NCBI GenBank assembly: GCA_963829055.1
Contig: CAWHHI010000008.1
Location: forward strand, 256,001-320,000
Origin: an uncultured Gemmatimonadaceae bacterium
GTDB lineage: Bacteria; Gemmatimonadota; Gemmatimonadetes; Gemmatimonadales; Gemmatimonadaceae
Length of the DNA stretch: 64,000 nucleotides
Direction of reading: 5' to 3'
Of this stretch, positions 53,250 to 64,000 are shown piece by piece (position 1 is the first letter of the stretch; every line of letters begins with the position of its first letter). The position numbers were made by a program, and so were the translations under genes. The notes beneath the pieces were generated by a model. That model saw only the letters and a program-made list of their open reading frames with translations, ran no database searches and was not told the origin of the DNA.

Positions 53250-54522
53250 TCGCGAAGCGGAAGCTCCGTGCCATCCGGCGTTCTCGATCGCCCGCTGGAC
53301 CGACAGCGGCGACGTCACGGCGATTCGGCCAACGGACACGATGATGTCGCCGCCCTTGAGGCCCGACGCTGTAGGCGGGCGATCCGCGGGCCACGTCGAG
53401 CACGAGCACACCGCTCTTCACGCCGAACGTCTCGCGCAGATCCGCGTTGGTCCGCACGATCGTCGCGCCGGCAATGACCATCGGCGCCGCCGATCCGCGC
53501 GAGAACACGAACACGCTTCGCTCGCCCCGATCCGCGCGGCCTTCGGCGACGTTAGGTGCAGGCATCGGCAGCGCTCGGAACGAGCGGCGCACGGCGTGAC
53601 CGTGACGACACCGTTCGTGCCTCCGGCCACGACCGGCTCGCGGCTCCGCGCGCTGGGCGAGCGACGCGCACCCGCCCGACGACCGGCGCGGTACCCGGTG
53701 CTGGCGGCGCGGTGCGCGAACGATCGCACCGCTCAGCGGGAGCTGCGACGATCGAGATCGGATCACCGAACGCCGCCATGATACGCGCGTCGAGGAACGG
53801 GCATCCGCTGTCGAGCGACGGCGGCCGCTGCTTGATGAGCGAGCAGCACGTCGCGCGTGTCGCCGTCGCGCCTAACGCGGAGCGGCAGCCGAGTACCCGG
53901 CCGCAGCAGTCTGCGTGAACACGATGTCGCGCCCCACCACCGACTGCCCGTCGATCAGAATGATCTCGTCGCCCTTCGCCACGCCCGCGCGCTCGGCCGG
54001 CGAGCCCGGCTCGACCGTCTCGACTGTCGGGTTCTCGGCGAACCGGAAGACCTCGCCGCCGGACGCCCCCGCATCGGCACGCATGGTCGCCGAGAACGTG
54101 ATCCCCATGTAGCCGCTGCGGCTTCGCGTTGCGATCGCACAGCGAGGCGAGCTGCGTGCGAAGCATCTGGGACCGTTGCGGCCGCCTGGTCGATCTGCTC
54201 GCGGAGCTGGCGCGCGACCGCCTCCACCTGCGACGCGATTCGCTTCCGCCACCTGGCCGGACCGCAGTGCGTCGAGCGCCTGACTCGCCTGCGTCTGCAT
54301 CTGCGTCGCCATGAGCAGCTGCGCCGCAATGCTCTCGATCTCGCCCTCGAACCCGGCGCGCGCAAGCGAAGCGAGTCTCTCGCACTGCGCGAGACGCGCT
54401 TCCGTCGATGCACGTCGCCTCGGCGGTCGTGGCGCAGTCGCGACAGCGCGCGCTGTCGGGCTGTTGCCCGACCGCCACGTCGCCGACGACACGGTGAGAA
54501 TGAGGAACGTGAGTGATCGCAT
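53206..54522 (-). CDS. Secreted PDZ domain protein (frameshifted)
   Basis: GYMGITF..VEPGSPAERAGVAKGD and VARGSPA..GLKGGDII; last gene of the ECF operon. Confidence 0.72.
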
Positions 54523-54603
54523 ACGCGGAGCCGAATACCTGCTATCCATCTTCTGAAGGTTCACGTGGCAATGCCACATCGTCGGGTTCGTATAAGGCAC
54601 GGG

Positions 54604-55390
54604 CTAGAACCGTGACAGCCGCGTGCCCGGCGGTGAGCACGCTCCCGAGCTGTCGCAGCGTCACTTCACGCGCGCCGAGCGTCGAGAGGTAGTACTGGTT
54701 GAGCACGGGATCGGCCGGAGCCACGGAGAGTGCCTGACGCGACGTCTCGGCCATCTCGTCGAGCGCCGCGAGACGCGTCCGGAACATGTCGCCCGCTTCG
54801 GGCGACTGGACCGTCGAGTCGTGCGCGGCGATGAACGCGACGGCGCGATCGTAGTTGCGCTGTGAGGTCTCGAGGGTGGCCAGCGCCTCCTCGACGGACG
54901 TGAACGGTGAGCCTGATCGCCGAACACGGACGGCATGAGCTGTTACGTCGAGCCCGGAAGACCCGACTCGCCAATGTCGCCGAGCACTTCCTTGCCGGAT
55001 GGCGCCGGCGATGCGCCGGCGCTCATCCTGCCTAACGCACCGAAGCCCGCGGCGAACACGAGTCCCGCGGCGACGCGGAGTCCGACGAGCCACGCGCGCC
55101 GGTGCGGTCGCGGCCTGCGCGATGGGCACGACGCTCGTCTCGACGGCCGTGGCGCACCGGCGTAGTCGTCGCGATGATGCCGCTGCTCACGCAGCTGCGC
55201 CGCCAGCGTGGACCACTGCGTGAGCGGTGGCGCGACGCGGTCGCGCTCGTCGCAGTGCCATGGACAGCAGTCGTTGGTGTGCACTCCGCTCGGTGGCGCA
55301 GATCGCGCACGCGGCGAGGTGCTCCGCTTCCGCGACGGTGGGTTCGCCGTCGGCAAGCTCGGCGAGGCGCTCAGAAGACAGGTGCAACAT
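54604..55390 (-). CDS. Putative zinc-finger-type anti-sigma factor (frameshifted)
   Basis: [23 protein letters not shown] (HxxxCxxC) and a TM segment; directly after the ECF sigma gene. Confidence 0.7.
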
Positions 55391-55948
55391 TGCTCGGGAT
55401 CCGTGTCCGGTCTGAGTCCATCCACCACGTGCGCAAGCAGCCGGCGAAGCTTCGCGCGCGCCTTGAACAGCTGGGATTTCGAGCCGCCCGCCGTGATGCC
55501 GAGCTCTCGAGCAATCTCTTCGTGCGTGTAGCCTTCGACGTCGTGCATCATGAATACGGTCCTGGCGCCCGGGCGACAGCCGGTTCGCTGCTTCCTCGAT
55601 GCTCGCGGCGAGCAGGGCGCGCTCGCTGTCGTGTTCCACCGCGACCGTGTCGTCCTCGATGTCTGCCTCGGACTTGGCGATCCGTCGCGATGCGCCGGAG
55701 CGCGTTGAGCGTGCGGTTGACGGCGATGCGGTGCGCCCACGTTCCGAACTGCGATTCCCCGCGATACGACGGGAGCGCCCTGAAGATCTGAATCCACACT
55801 TCCTGCGCGATGTCGGCGGCGAGGTCGGGGTCGCCGACCAGACGCCGGATGACGGCGTCGATGTGCGGCGAGTGCTGCGACCAAAGGTCTGCAGCGCCCG
55901 CTCATCGCCTTCGATGGCGCGCTGGATGAGGACTTGATCCATTCCCAT
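55371..55948 (-). CDS. ECF RNA polymerase sigma factor (frameshifted)
   Basis: [39 protein letters not shown]. Confidence 0.9.
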
Positions 55949-55964
55949 GGGGTTCTGCTACTTG

Positions 55965-55992
55965 GTCACGCGAGGACGGTCCAGTGGTTTAC
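55965..55992 (-). promoter_or_regulatory. Candidate autoregulatory ECF promoter
   Basis: Minus strand GTAAAC-N16-CGTGAC just upstream of the sigma start codon. Confidence 0.5.
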
Positions 55993-56389
55993 CGATCCGG
56001 CTATCAACCGTCTGCTCGGCAGCTCGTTCGGCGGGAACTCAGCGGCTCGCCGGCCGACGACCTTATCAGTGCAACTGAAATGAGCTGAATCACTTGTGAT
56101 CCAGATCACAAAACCGGCCGGTTACTGTGACCCGAAGCCGAACGTATTCGTCTTGACAGAAGAGGCGCCAACAATAAGAGTAGACCGTGTAAGTCGCGTC
56201 GTCTACGGAACTTCCCAGCGGCGCGAGCAGTATGTGAGTCGTGAAAGCGGCAGTGCGGGCTCTCTCGAGCCTGACACCGCCGTGCATCACGCTCTTTTGT
56301 CGTTCACCACCGGCGCCTTCGGTCACCGGCTCAGTTCGTCAGTACCCGCGATCGCCATCGAGATCGTCAGCCGTCGATCGGAGCATCAC

Positions 56390-57943
56390 GTGGTCCACCT
56401 CCTCCTCGGCGCGTACGTCGCGCTGGCCGCGTCCGATGGGTTGCCGGTCAACACGCCAAAGTCGGTCGGCATGTCCGCCGCCCGCCTGGCGTCGATCGAC
56501 CGCATCGTCATGCGCGGTATCAAGGCGGGAGGATATCCGGGCGCCTCGGTGGTCATCGGCCGTAACGGATACGCGGTCTACCAGAAGGGGTTCGGCAAGC
56601 TCGGGTGGACGACGAGCAGCCCGCGCGTCACCGCCGATCGCTCCATCTACGATCTCGCGTCGCTGACAAAGGTCGTCGGCACGACGACCGCGGCGATGGT
56701 GCTGTACGACCAGGGCCGTCTCGACCTCGACGCGCCGGTGTCGACCTACCTCCCGGCGTTCTCCGGCGGCTGGAAGGATTCCGTCACCGTCCGCCATCTG
56801 CTCACGCACCGCTCCGGCCTTCCGGCCGGCCGCGATCTCTGGCGCATCGCGCGCACGCCCGACGAAGCGCGCGCCGCGGTGCTCTCGACGAACCTCGAGT
56901 GCAAGCCCGGGCCAGTGCTACATCTACTCCGACCTCGGCGCCGACGTCCTCGGCTTCGTGATCGAAGCGATCGCCGGCGAGTCGCTCGACGTCTTCCTGC
57001 ACGACAAGGTGTTCGAGCCGCTCGGCATGAACGACACGTTCTTCCGCCCGGCCGACTCGCTCACGTATCGCATCGCGCCAACCGAGATCGCCCCGCCCCG
57101 CGGCTATCCGCTCCAGGGTCAGGTGCACGACGAGAACGCGTACGCGTTAGGTGGCGTGGCCGGCCACGCGGGACTGTTCAGCACCGCGGCGGATCTGTCG
57201 ATCTTCGCGCAGATGATGCTGAACGGCGGATCGTACAACGGCGTCCGCATCCTCAGCGACACGACGGTCGCGCTGTTCACGCACCGCGCGGCGGGCACCC
57301 GCGCGCTCGGCTGGGACACGGCCGACGGCGACGGCGGCTCCGGCAAGTTCCTCGATTCGCGCGCCTACGGTCACACCGGCTACACGGGCACGTCGATCTG
57401 GATCGATCCCGAGCGGCAGATGTTCGTGCTGCTGCTGACGAATCGCGTTCACGCAGCCCGGGCTCGTCGTCCGGCCAAGGTGATCTCGGACGTGCGCGCC
57501 GACCTCGCGGACGCGGCGGTCGCGTCGCGTCGTCGACAACCCGGACAACGTCATCTGCGATGCCGCGCACGTTCCGCGCGGACAAGGCAGCCGGCTGGAA
57601 CCGTCCGGTTCGCAGCGTGCGCCGCAAGGCGCGCCGGCGAAGCCACGCAAGGCGGCGGCGTCGAAGAGCGCCGAAGGCTGTCCAAGAAGCCGCCGCTCGA
57701 AGGTCGTCGGCGAAGAGCTCGAGCAGCCAAGAGCTCCGCCGGCAAGAGCGTCCGCGAAGCCGTCCGCGGCGAAGAAGCCGTCAGCTCGTCAAGTCCAAGA
57801 GCAGATCGTCGAAGACCGCGTCCGCTCGAAGTGCGCTTCGTCCAAGAAAGCCTCGGCCTGACGCGTCGCCGTCGCGGTCGCCGCTCGGCTTGCCGCAAGC
57901 GTCGCTCGCCGCCGATCTTTCGAGCATACGAGCGACGGAGTGA
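56390..57943 (+). CDS. Serine hydrolase, beta-lactamase/AmpC-like, with basic Lys/Ser-rich tail (frameshifted)
   Basis: ASLTK (SxxK), LLTHRSGL, YSDLG, GHAGLFS, GHTGYTG. Confidence 0.85.
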   Translation: MVHLLLGAYVALAASDGLPVNTPKSVGMSAARLASIDRIVMRGIKAGGYPGASVVIGRNGYAVYQKGFGKLGWTTSSPRVTADRSIYDLASLTKVVGTTTAAMVLYDQGRLDLDAPVSTYLPAFSGGWKDSVTVRHLLTHRSGLPAGRDLWRIARTPDEARAAVLSTNLECKPGPVLHLLRPRRRRPRLRDRSDRRRVARRLPARQGVRAARHERHVLPPGRLAHVSHRANRDRPAPRLSAPGSGARRERVRVRWRGRPRGTVQHRGGSVDLRADDAERRIVQRRPHPQRHDGRAVHAPRGGHPRARLGHGRRRRRLRQVPRFARLRSHRLHGHVDLDRSRAADVRAAADESRSRSPGSSSGQGDLGRARRPRGRGGRVASSTTRTTSSAMPRTFRADKAAGWNRPVRSVRRKARRRSHARRRRRRAPKAVQEAAARRSSAKSSSSQELRRQERPRSRPRRRSRQLVKSKSRSSKTASARSALRPRKPRPDASPSRSPLGLPQASLAADLSSIRATE

Positions 57944-57946
57944 TCG

Positions 57947-58462
57947 ATGACCGAGCCAAGCCTGCCACTTTCCGCCAGATGCGGACGCGTGACCAGCACG
58001 CCGCCGCGACGGCGCCAGCCCGCCCGTCGCACGATCGCGAGCTGCCCGTGAGCGCGTCTGAAGGCGACCGTCCGACGCAGTACGCCTCGATTCCGCGGCC
58101 GCGGATGGCGTTCCGGACGATCGCGGACGCGCGAAACGAGTGCCGAGTCCACGGGCGACGCTGACGCCCTCTCGGAGGATCAGGTGAAGCTCGCGCTCCG
58201 GCGCGTGAAGGATCCGGAGCTCAACCTGAACATTCTCGACCTCGGCCTCGTCTACGCGATTCGCGTGGAGGGCAACGGCGGTGTCGGTCGACATGACGTT
58301 GACGTCGCCGGGCTGCCCGTCGGGTCCCGAGATCATGACCGACGCCGAGCGACACCTCAAGGCGATTCCGGGCGTCGGCGACGTCGCGGTGAACCTCGTG
58401 TGGTCGCCGTTCTGGAGCCCGGAGCGGATCGAGCCGAGAGTCGGGCGTATCTCGGGTTCTAG
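57947..58462 (+). CDS. DUF59/SufT-like metal-sulfur cluster assembly factor (start uncertain; frameshifted)
   Basis: VKDPELNLNILDLGLVY, MTLTSPGCP, LVWSPFW. Confidence 0.85.
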
Positions 58463-58518
58463 CCAGTCTACGAGGCAGATCCTGCTACGTAGACGGCCCG
58501 TTCGTCTGCCTGAGGCCG

Positions 58519-60145
58519 TCAGCAGGTCGAATTCGCGTCTCCGGCGACTCCATCCCCGTCCGTCCGATCGCGGTGACGACAATGAGATCCGGACGCGCCG
58601 ACGCGTCGCTCGCCGCGAACGAATGCTCGCGCACCGAGCCCGGCACAACGCTCGTCGTCCACGTGTCCGCCGAAGCGCGACCGCACGACCCAGAGCCTCA
58701 CCGGCGTCGTGTCCGACCGGGTGCGATCGTGACCGTCGTGCGCCCCGAGAGCGTGTCCACCTGCGCCTGTGCGCGCGGCGCGCTCGGCGCGCGCTTGTCG
58801 AGCCACGGCGACGCCGGCACGAGCGCCGGCACCGCGTACGGACCGGCAATGAGCCGGTCGCCCAGGCTGTCGCGGTTCTGCATGAACACGCTCATGCTGA
58901 AATGCAGGTTCCCGCTCGCGCCGGAGTCGGCTCGCGTTAGGCGTACCTGCTCGAGCAGCTCCGACGCCGGCCAGTTCGCCCCCTCGCCCATCACGCGGCT
59001 CGTGTAGTTCCCCACCCACAGGTGGCGGCCGAACGTGTTCTGCTCGGCCCACCAGTGCAGCAGCTCGTCGTACCGCTGCTGCGGATGCGCTCGAGCGCCA
59101 GTAGAGCTGCGGCGTGAAGTAGTCAGCCCAGCCGCGCTGCAGCCACTTCCGCGAGTCGGCGTAGAGCTCGACGTAACGCGTCCAGCCCGCGCACCGACGG
59201 CGGACTGCCCGGCCGCCAGATGCCGAACGGACTGATGCCGAACTTCACCCACGGCTTCTCCTCCTTCACCGTCTTGTACAGCTGCTCGATGAGGAGATCC
59301 ACGTTCCGCCGCCGCCAGTCGTCGCGCGCGAGCGTTCCGCCCCCCCGGCGATACGCGCGCCAGGTTCGGTCGTCGGGGAACGGGATCTCGCGGCCGCGAC
59401 GCGTGTGCTCGCGGTACGGGTAGAAGTAGTCGTCGATGTGGATCCCGTCGATGTCGTAGCGCCTAACGATGTCGCGCACGACACCGACCGTGTACGCCCG
59501 CACCTCGCTGCTTCCCGGATCCATCCAGAGGTACGGACCGTACTTCACGACGAGGTCCGGCCGCCGGCGAGCAATGTGATTCGCGCAGATGGGCGACTTG
59601 TCCGCCGGGAAGTGCGCACGGTACGGATTGACCCACGCATGCAGCTCGAGCCCACGCGCGTGCGCCTCTTCGCACCGCGAACGCGAGCGGGTCGTAGAAC
59701 GGCACCGGCGCCTTGCCCATCGTGCCCCGTCAGAAACGCCGACCACGGCTCCTTCTGCGACGCGTACAACGCGTCGGCCGATGGGCGCACCTGCAGCACG
59801 ACCGCGTTCAGGTTGAGCGCCGCCGCGCGATCGAGAATCGCGATCAGCTCGGCCTTCTGCTGAGCGACGGGCAGGCCGGGACGCGACGGCCAATCCATGT
59901 TGCCGACCGACGCGACCCACACGCCGCGAAACTCGCGCGCGACGGGCGGCGCGATCGCCGATGAGTCGACCGCTTCGCGTCGGCCGTGGTGACGGGCGCG
60001 CGAGCACTCGAGTCGGGGCGCGATCTGCGCAGCGGCCACGAGGCGACGGCGCGAACGCGAGCACCGCGAGCAAGCGACGGTGCACCAGATGCGTGCCGCA
60101 GACGCGGCAAGCGAATCGCCGGCGTGGGCGAGACCGAGCTTCCAA
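58519..60145 (-). CDS. GHL10 (YddW/DigH-like) glycosyl hydrolase (frameshifted; start uncertain)
   Basis: REFRGVWVASV, LELHAWVNPYR, DGIHIDDYFYPY, FGISPFGIW. Confidence 0.87.
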
Positions 60146-60178
60146 GGATCGAATTCGCCCGCGACTGATTCCTACTGC

Positions 60179-61424
60179 TTATAGGGCGAATCGTCGCGAT
60201 TTGTGCCACTCGCGCGCGCCGGTCGATGCGCGGTCGGCCGCGCGCGCGTCGCTCTTTCGGGAAGACGACGGTGCGTCGCGCAGGGCACGAACGAAATCTT
60301 CTCCGAGCTGCTCGATCTGCCAGCGACGCAGGTCGGGAATCTCGCTCAGCTCCTCGACGGACTTCGGGCGGCGTCGAGCCACCGCCTCGAGACGCTCGCG
60401 CGAGGCACAGCACACCGGGATCGAGGTCGAGTCTCGCCGCGGCCGCGTCGCGCACGGTCTTGAGTCGCGCGACGACGTCGTCGAAATCCGGATCGCGCTC
60501 CCAGCGCTGCGCGCGCGGAAATCGCGGAAGCTCCGCCTCGGGTACGGCGAGCCCGCGCTCCACCGCGGCGAGCATCTCACCCGATCGCGATTCGAGGATC
60601 CCGCGCGGCATTCCCTTCACTGCCCGACAGCTGCGCGCGTCGCGTTCGGAGCAAGCCGCGCGATCTCGAGCAGCGTCTCGTTGCTGACGACGCGAAACGT
60701 CGCGCGATCGAGCGCGCGCGCCACGCTCGTCGCGCCAGATCACGAGCTCGCGCAGGATGGCGAGCTGACGCCGGGTGAGGTCGCGCGCGCCCTTCACGCG
60801 GAGGAACGCATTCGCGCTCGTCTTCGGCGTCCCACTGCGTGCCCTCGAGGCGCCCGAACTCCTCGGCCGCCCAGCGTCGACCGGCCCGAGCTTCTCGAGC
60901 TCGTTGCCAAGTCGATCGCGAAGGTCGAGCAGGTACTCGGTGTCCTGTGCCGCGTACTCGAGCATGCCCGCGGTGAGTGGCCGCATGGACCAGTCGGCGC
61001 GCTGGTGCTTCTTGTCGAGCTTCACGCCGAAGAACCGCTCGAGCAGCGCGGCCAGCCCGAACGCCCGAATACCGAGGAGCTGCGCCGCGACGCGCGTGTC
61101 GAAGATGTTCGTGACCCGCCAGCCGTAGTCCTGGTGCAGGAGCCGCAGGTCGTAGTCGGCGTCGTGGAAGACGACTTCGACCTTCCGCGACTCGAGCAAG
61201 GCGCCCGAGACCCTCGGGAACGCCGATCGTGAGCGGATCGAGAATCGCGCTCGCTTCGCGCGTGGAGAGCTGGAGCAGGTAGATCCGGTCGATGAACCGG
61301 TGGAAGCTCGCCCCCTCGGTATCGAGCGCGATGGCACGCGTGTTCGCGATGCTGGCGATGAACCGCTCGACTGCCTCCTTCCCGTCGAGGTACAAGGGCG
61401 GTTTTTGATCTCGGAGGCAGTCAC
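60179..61424 (-). CDS. rnd: Ribonuclease D (3'-5' exonuclease + HRDC; frameshifted)
   Basis: ALDTE, FHDADYD, FDTRVAAQLLG, QRADWSMRPL, YAAQD. Confidence 0.88.
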
Positions 61425-61637
61425 GAATCGGGAATCGGGAGATCGGGAGTCGGGAATCGGTGCTCGCATGCCGATTCGCCCATACGTCGCCGCGGCTCGC
61501 AGGCCTTGGATATTCCCGTCGAGTCCCGGCTCGGGTAATCTAGCACGCGGCTGAACGGGGCACCTCGCTTGCCTCGACGTCGGCCGTGGCGGCGCTGACG
61601 TCGTTTCGATTCCCGATTCCCTATTCCCGATTCCCGA
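61425..61637. repeat. Inverted heptamer arrays (GGGAATC)n ... (GATTCCC)n flanking a divergent intergenic region
   Basis: GAATCGGGAATCGGGAGATCGGGAGTCGGGAATCGG at 61425-61460; TCGATTCCCGATTCCCTATTCCCGATTCCCGA at ~61606-61637. Confidence 0.8.
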
Positions 61638-61642
61638 CGACG

Positions 61643-62982
61643 ATGAGCGAAAGACGAGCCCTCCGAGTCCGCACGCCACCACGAGCGCGGCCAACCCGAC
61701 GCCCGACCACGCCGGTTCGCGCCGCCGATCGACGGCGCACGCCAGGTCGGCTGGCGCACGTCCGACGTCCTGCGTGCTGCCGCGCGCCGTCATCGCGATG
61801 TACCTCGTCCTTCGGCTCATCTGGGTCGCGCAGACGGTCTTTCTCACGGCGTTTCTCGGTGTCCTGTTCGGACTCGCGGTGTCGGCCGGCGTGGATTGGG
61901 TGCGGACGCGCGTCCGCGCTCCCTCGCGGCCTGCATCGCCGCGCTCATCGTGCTTGGCTCGGCCGGCGCGATCGTCGGCTTCTTCGTCGTGTCCGGTCCC
62001 GTCCTCGCGACACAGTCGCGCGAGCTCCAGACGAAGCTTCCCGAGGCGATCGACAAGATCGACAGTGGGTTCAGAGCAAGGGCGGTTTCTCGGCTCGTTG
62101 ATCGCGGGGTCGCAGGGTCGTCGACCACGCGCGACCCGGACGCCGCTCCTCGCAGCCGGTGCACGAGGCCCGGCGCCGCCCGCCGAGCGCGACCGTACCG
62201 GCGCCGCACCTGCGCCAGATGCCCACCGACAGCGCCGACTTGACCGCAGGGCGCGGCTCGAAGGCGGCCGCGGCGGCCAGGCTCCACCTCAGACGCTCAA
62301 GCAGCGAATCATCGGACAGCTCGCGGGGCTGACGCGATACCTGTTCGGGTTCCTGTCGTCGACCGATCGCGGTGTTCGCCGGGCTGGTGCTGATTCTCGT
62401 GCTGTCGATCTACATCGGCGCCGACCCGGACACGTACCACGACGGCCTGATGAAGCTCTTCCCGCGTCCGTGGAGGAAGCGCGCCGGCGAGGTGCTGACC
62501 GCGATGTCGCGTCGCGCTTCGGAAGTGGCTCGTGACGCAGCTCATCGCGATGGTCGTGATCGGCGTCGTTTCGACCGTCGTCCTGCTCATCCTCGGCGTG
62601 AACGCCGCGGTGCCGCTCGGCGTCATCGCGGGGCTTCTCGAGTTCGTGCCGACCGTCGGGCCGATCCTGAGCGCGCTGCCCGCCATCGCGATGGGCTTCG
62701 TCGAGTCGCCGCGAGAAGGCGCTCGCCGTGATCGTGGCGTACATCGCCATCCAGCAGATGGAGAACTATCTGCTGATTCCGTTTCTCATGCGTGAGGGCG
62801 TCGACCTGCCGCCGGCGCTGACGATCATCGCGCAGGCGCTCATGGCGCTGATCTTCGGGTTCCTCGGACTGCTGTGCGCCGTGCCGGTACTCGCGGCAAC
62901 GATGGTCGCGGTGAAGATGCTGTACGTGCAGGACGTGGTCGGCGAGCCGGTCGAAGTGTTCGAGGATCTCGACGATGACTGA
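61643..62982 (+). CDS. AI-2E family transporter (frameshifted)
   Basis: LEFVPTVGPILSA, IQQMENYLLIP, FGFLGLLCAVP. Confidence 0.85.
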
Positions 62983-64000
62983 CTCCGGGCCTGATGGGCC
63001 CGGGGCAGCCGAACTACGCCGTCGGCGCGCCATCCGGCGTCGCGACGATCCCATTCCGCTCGTCCGACGCTTCCCTGCCCTCGCCGCGATCCCGCGCGCG
63101 CGGCTGGGGCGATTTCCGACGCCGGTGGAGCGATCTCGACGGGCTTTCGCGACGTCGACTCGTTGTGGGTGAAGCACGAGGACCTGTCGTCGGACGTGTT
63201 AGGCGGCAACAAGGTGCGATCGCTCGAATTCCTGCTCGGACGACGTCGGCCGAGGGCGACACGGTGCTCACGCTCGGCGGCGTGGGATCGACGCACGTCC
63301 TCGCGACCGCCGTTCACGCCGCGCGCCTCGGCGCGAAGACGATCGCCGTGCGGTGGCGCCACGACATGCACCCGGCTGCGCAGGAGGTGCGGAGCGGACG
63401 CGCAGCGGAATGTGCCGAGGTCGTGACGGCGTCGAACTTCGTGACGGCGATGTCCGCCGCTGCATCCGCCTGCGACTCACGCGGCGTGCCCACTACATCC
63501 CGCTCGGCGGCAGCAACGCCGTTAGGCACGTTAGGCCACGTGAACGCGGCGCTCGAGCTGGCCGAGCAGATCGAAGCCGGCGAGCTTCCGCCGCCGGCTC
63601 GAGTCGTCGTGCCGCTCGGAAGCGGCGGAACGGCCGCAGGGCTCGCACTCGGGTTCGCCATCGCCGGCCTGGAGCACGGTCGTCGTCGGCGCGCGCGTGG
63701 GGCCGCGCATTGGGGCGAATCGCTGGCACGTGCTTCGTCTGGCGGAGCGAACGCGTCAGCTGATCGCGCGGTATACAGGTCGGCCGCCGGCGCCGGTGCG
63801 CCGTGAGCCGCGTCGTCGTCTCACACGATCTCTACGGCGGGGCGTATGCTCGACCGCACCCGACGGCCGAGCACGCGGCCGTCCTCGTGGATGCGCTTCG
63901 CGGGTGGCGGCTCGACGCGACGTACAGCGCGAAGGCGTTCGCTGTCGCGCTGGACATGGCCGCCAGCGACACGGAACACCGACATTGTTCTGGATGACGT
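62975..64000 (+). CDS. PLP-dependent ACC deaminase / D-cysteine desulfhydrase family (frameshifted; truncated)
   Basis: FPTPVE, GGNKVRSLEFLL, STH, GSGGTAAGL, LDATYSAKAF. Confidence 0.85.

Noticed and set aside
39000..64000. Mass pseudogenisation or programmed frameshifting of cox, cytochrome, rnd and other genes
   Set aside because: Single-base indels hit nearly every gene, including housekeeping ones, while catalytic motifs stay intact and I saw no accumulation of in-frame stops. This fits low-coverage long-read error better.
1..64000. Numerous long antisense or alternate-frame Arg/Ala/Pro-rich ORFs (e.g. 23004..24002, 38353..39519, 59961..61232)
   Set aside because: Shadow ORFs expected at high GC; they overlap recognisable genes and have no motifs
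1..64000. TTAGG as a telomere-like repeat
   Set aside because: Copies are dispersed singletons within bacterial genes, not terminal tandem arrays

Overview
High-GC (roughly 69-70% by eye) bacterial chromosomal segment. Gene content and repeat style suggest Gemmatimonadota (ADOP permease + PadR, TPR-tailed Ser/Thr kinase, inverted heptamer arrays); this assignment is inference. Many genes carry single-base frameshifts, densest from about 39 kb onward. These look like long-read consensus errors, so genes were rebuilt across frames and many coordinates are approximate. The main system is a form I aerobic CO dehydrogenase locus (coxM-S-L with the AYRCSFR motif, divergent coxG, downstream xdhC/coxF-YHS, coxD, coxE). 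It is split between coxL and xdhC by an ~8.6 kb insert encoding a putative porin-multiheme cytochrome conduit (about 9-, 20- and 16-heme proteins plus a beta-barrel candidate) and an acyl-CoA ligase. The insert is flanked by a ~350-400 bp direct duplication. The internal spacer of that duplication, bounded by inverted (GGGGACT)n arrays, lies in opposite orientations in the two copies. A second, decaying accessory cluster (11.3-17.3 kb) holds a MauG/MbnH-like diheme enzyme, YtkA-like proteins, a Cys-tailed GNAT and an internally deleted AraC regulator, linked by a shared CAGCC-N5-GTTCAA motif. The hexamer GTTAGG/CCTAAC appears strongly enriched across the whole window. No rRNA, tRNA, CRISPR array, integrase or transposase was found.
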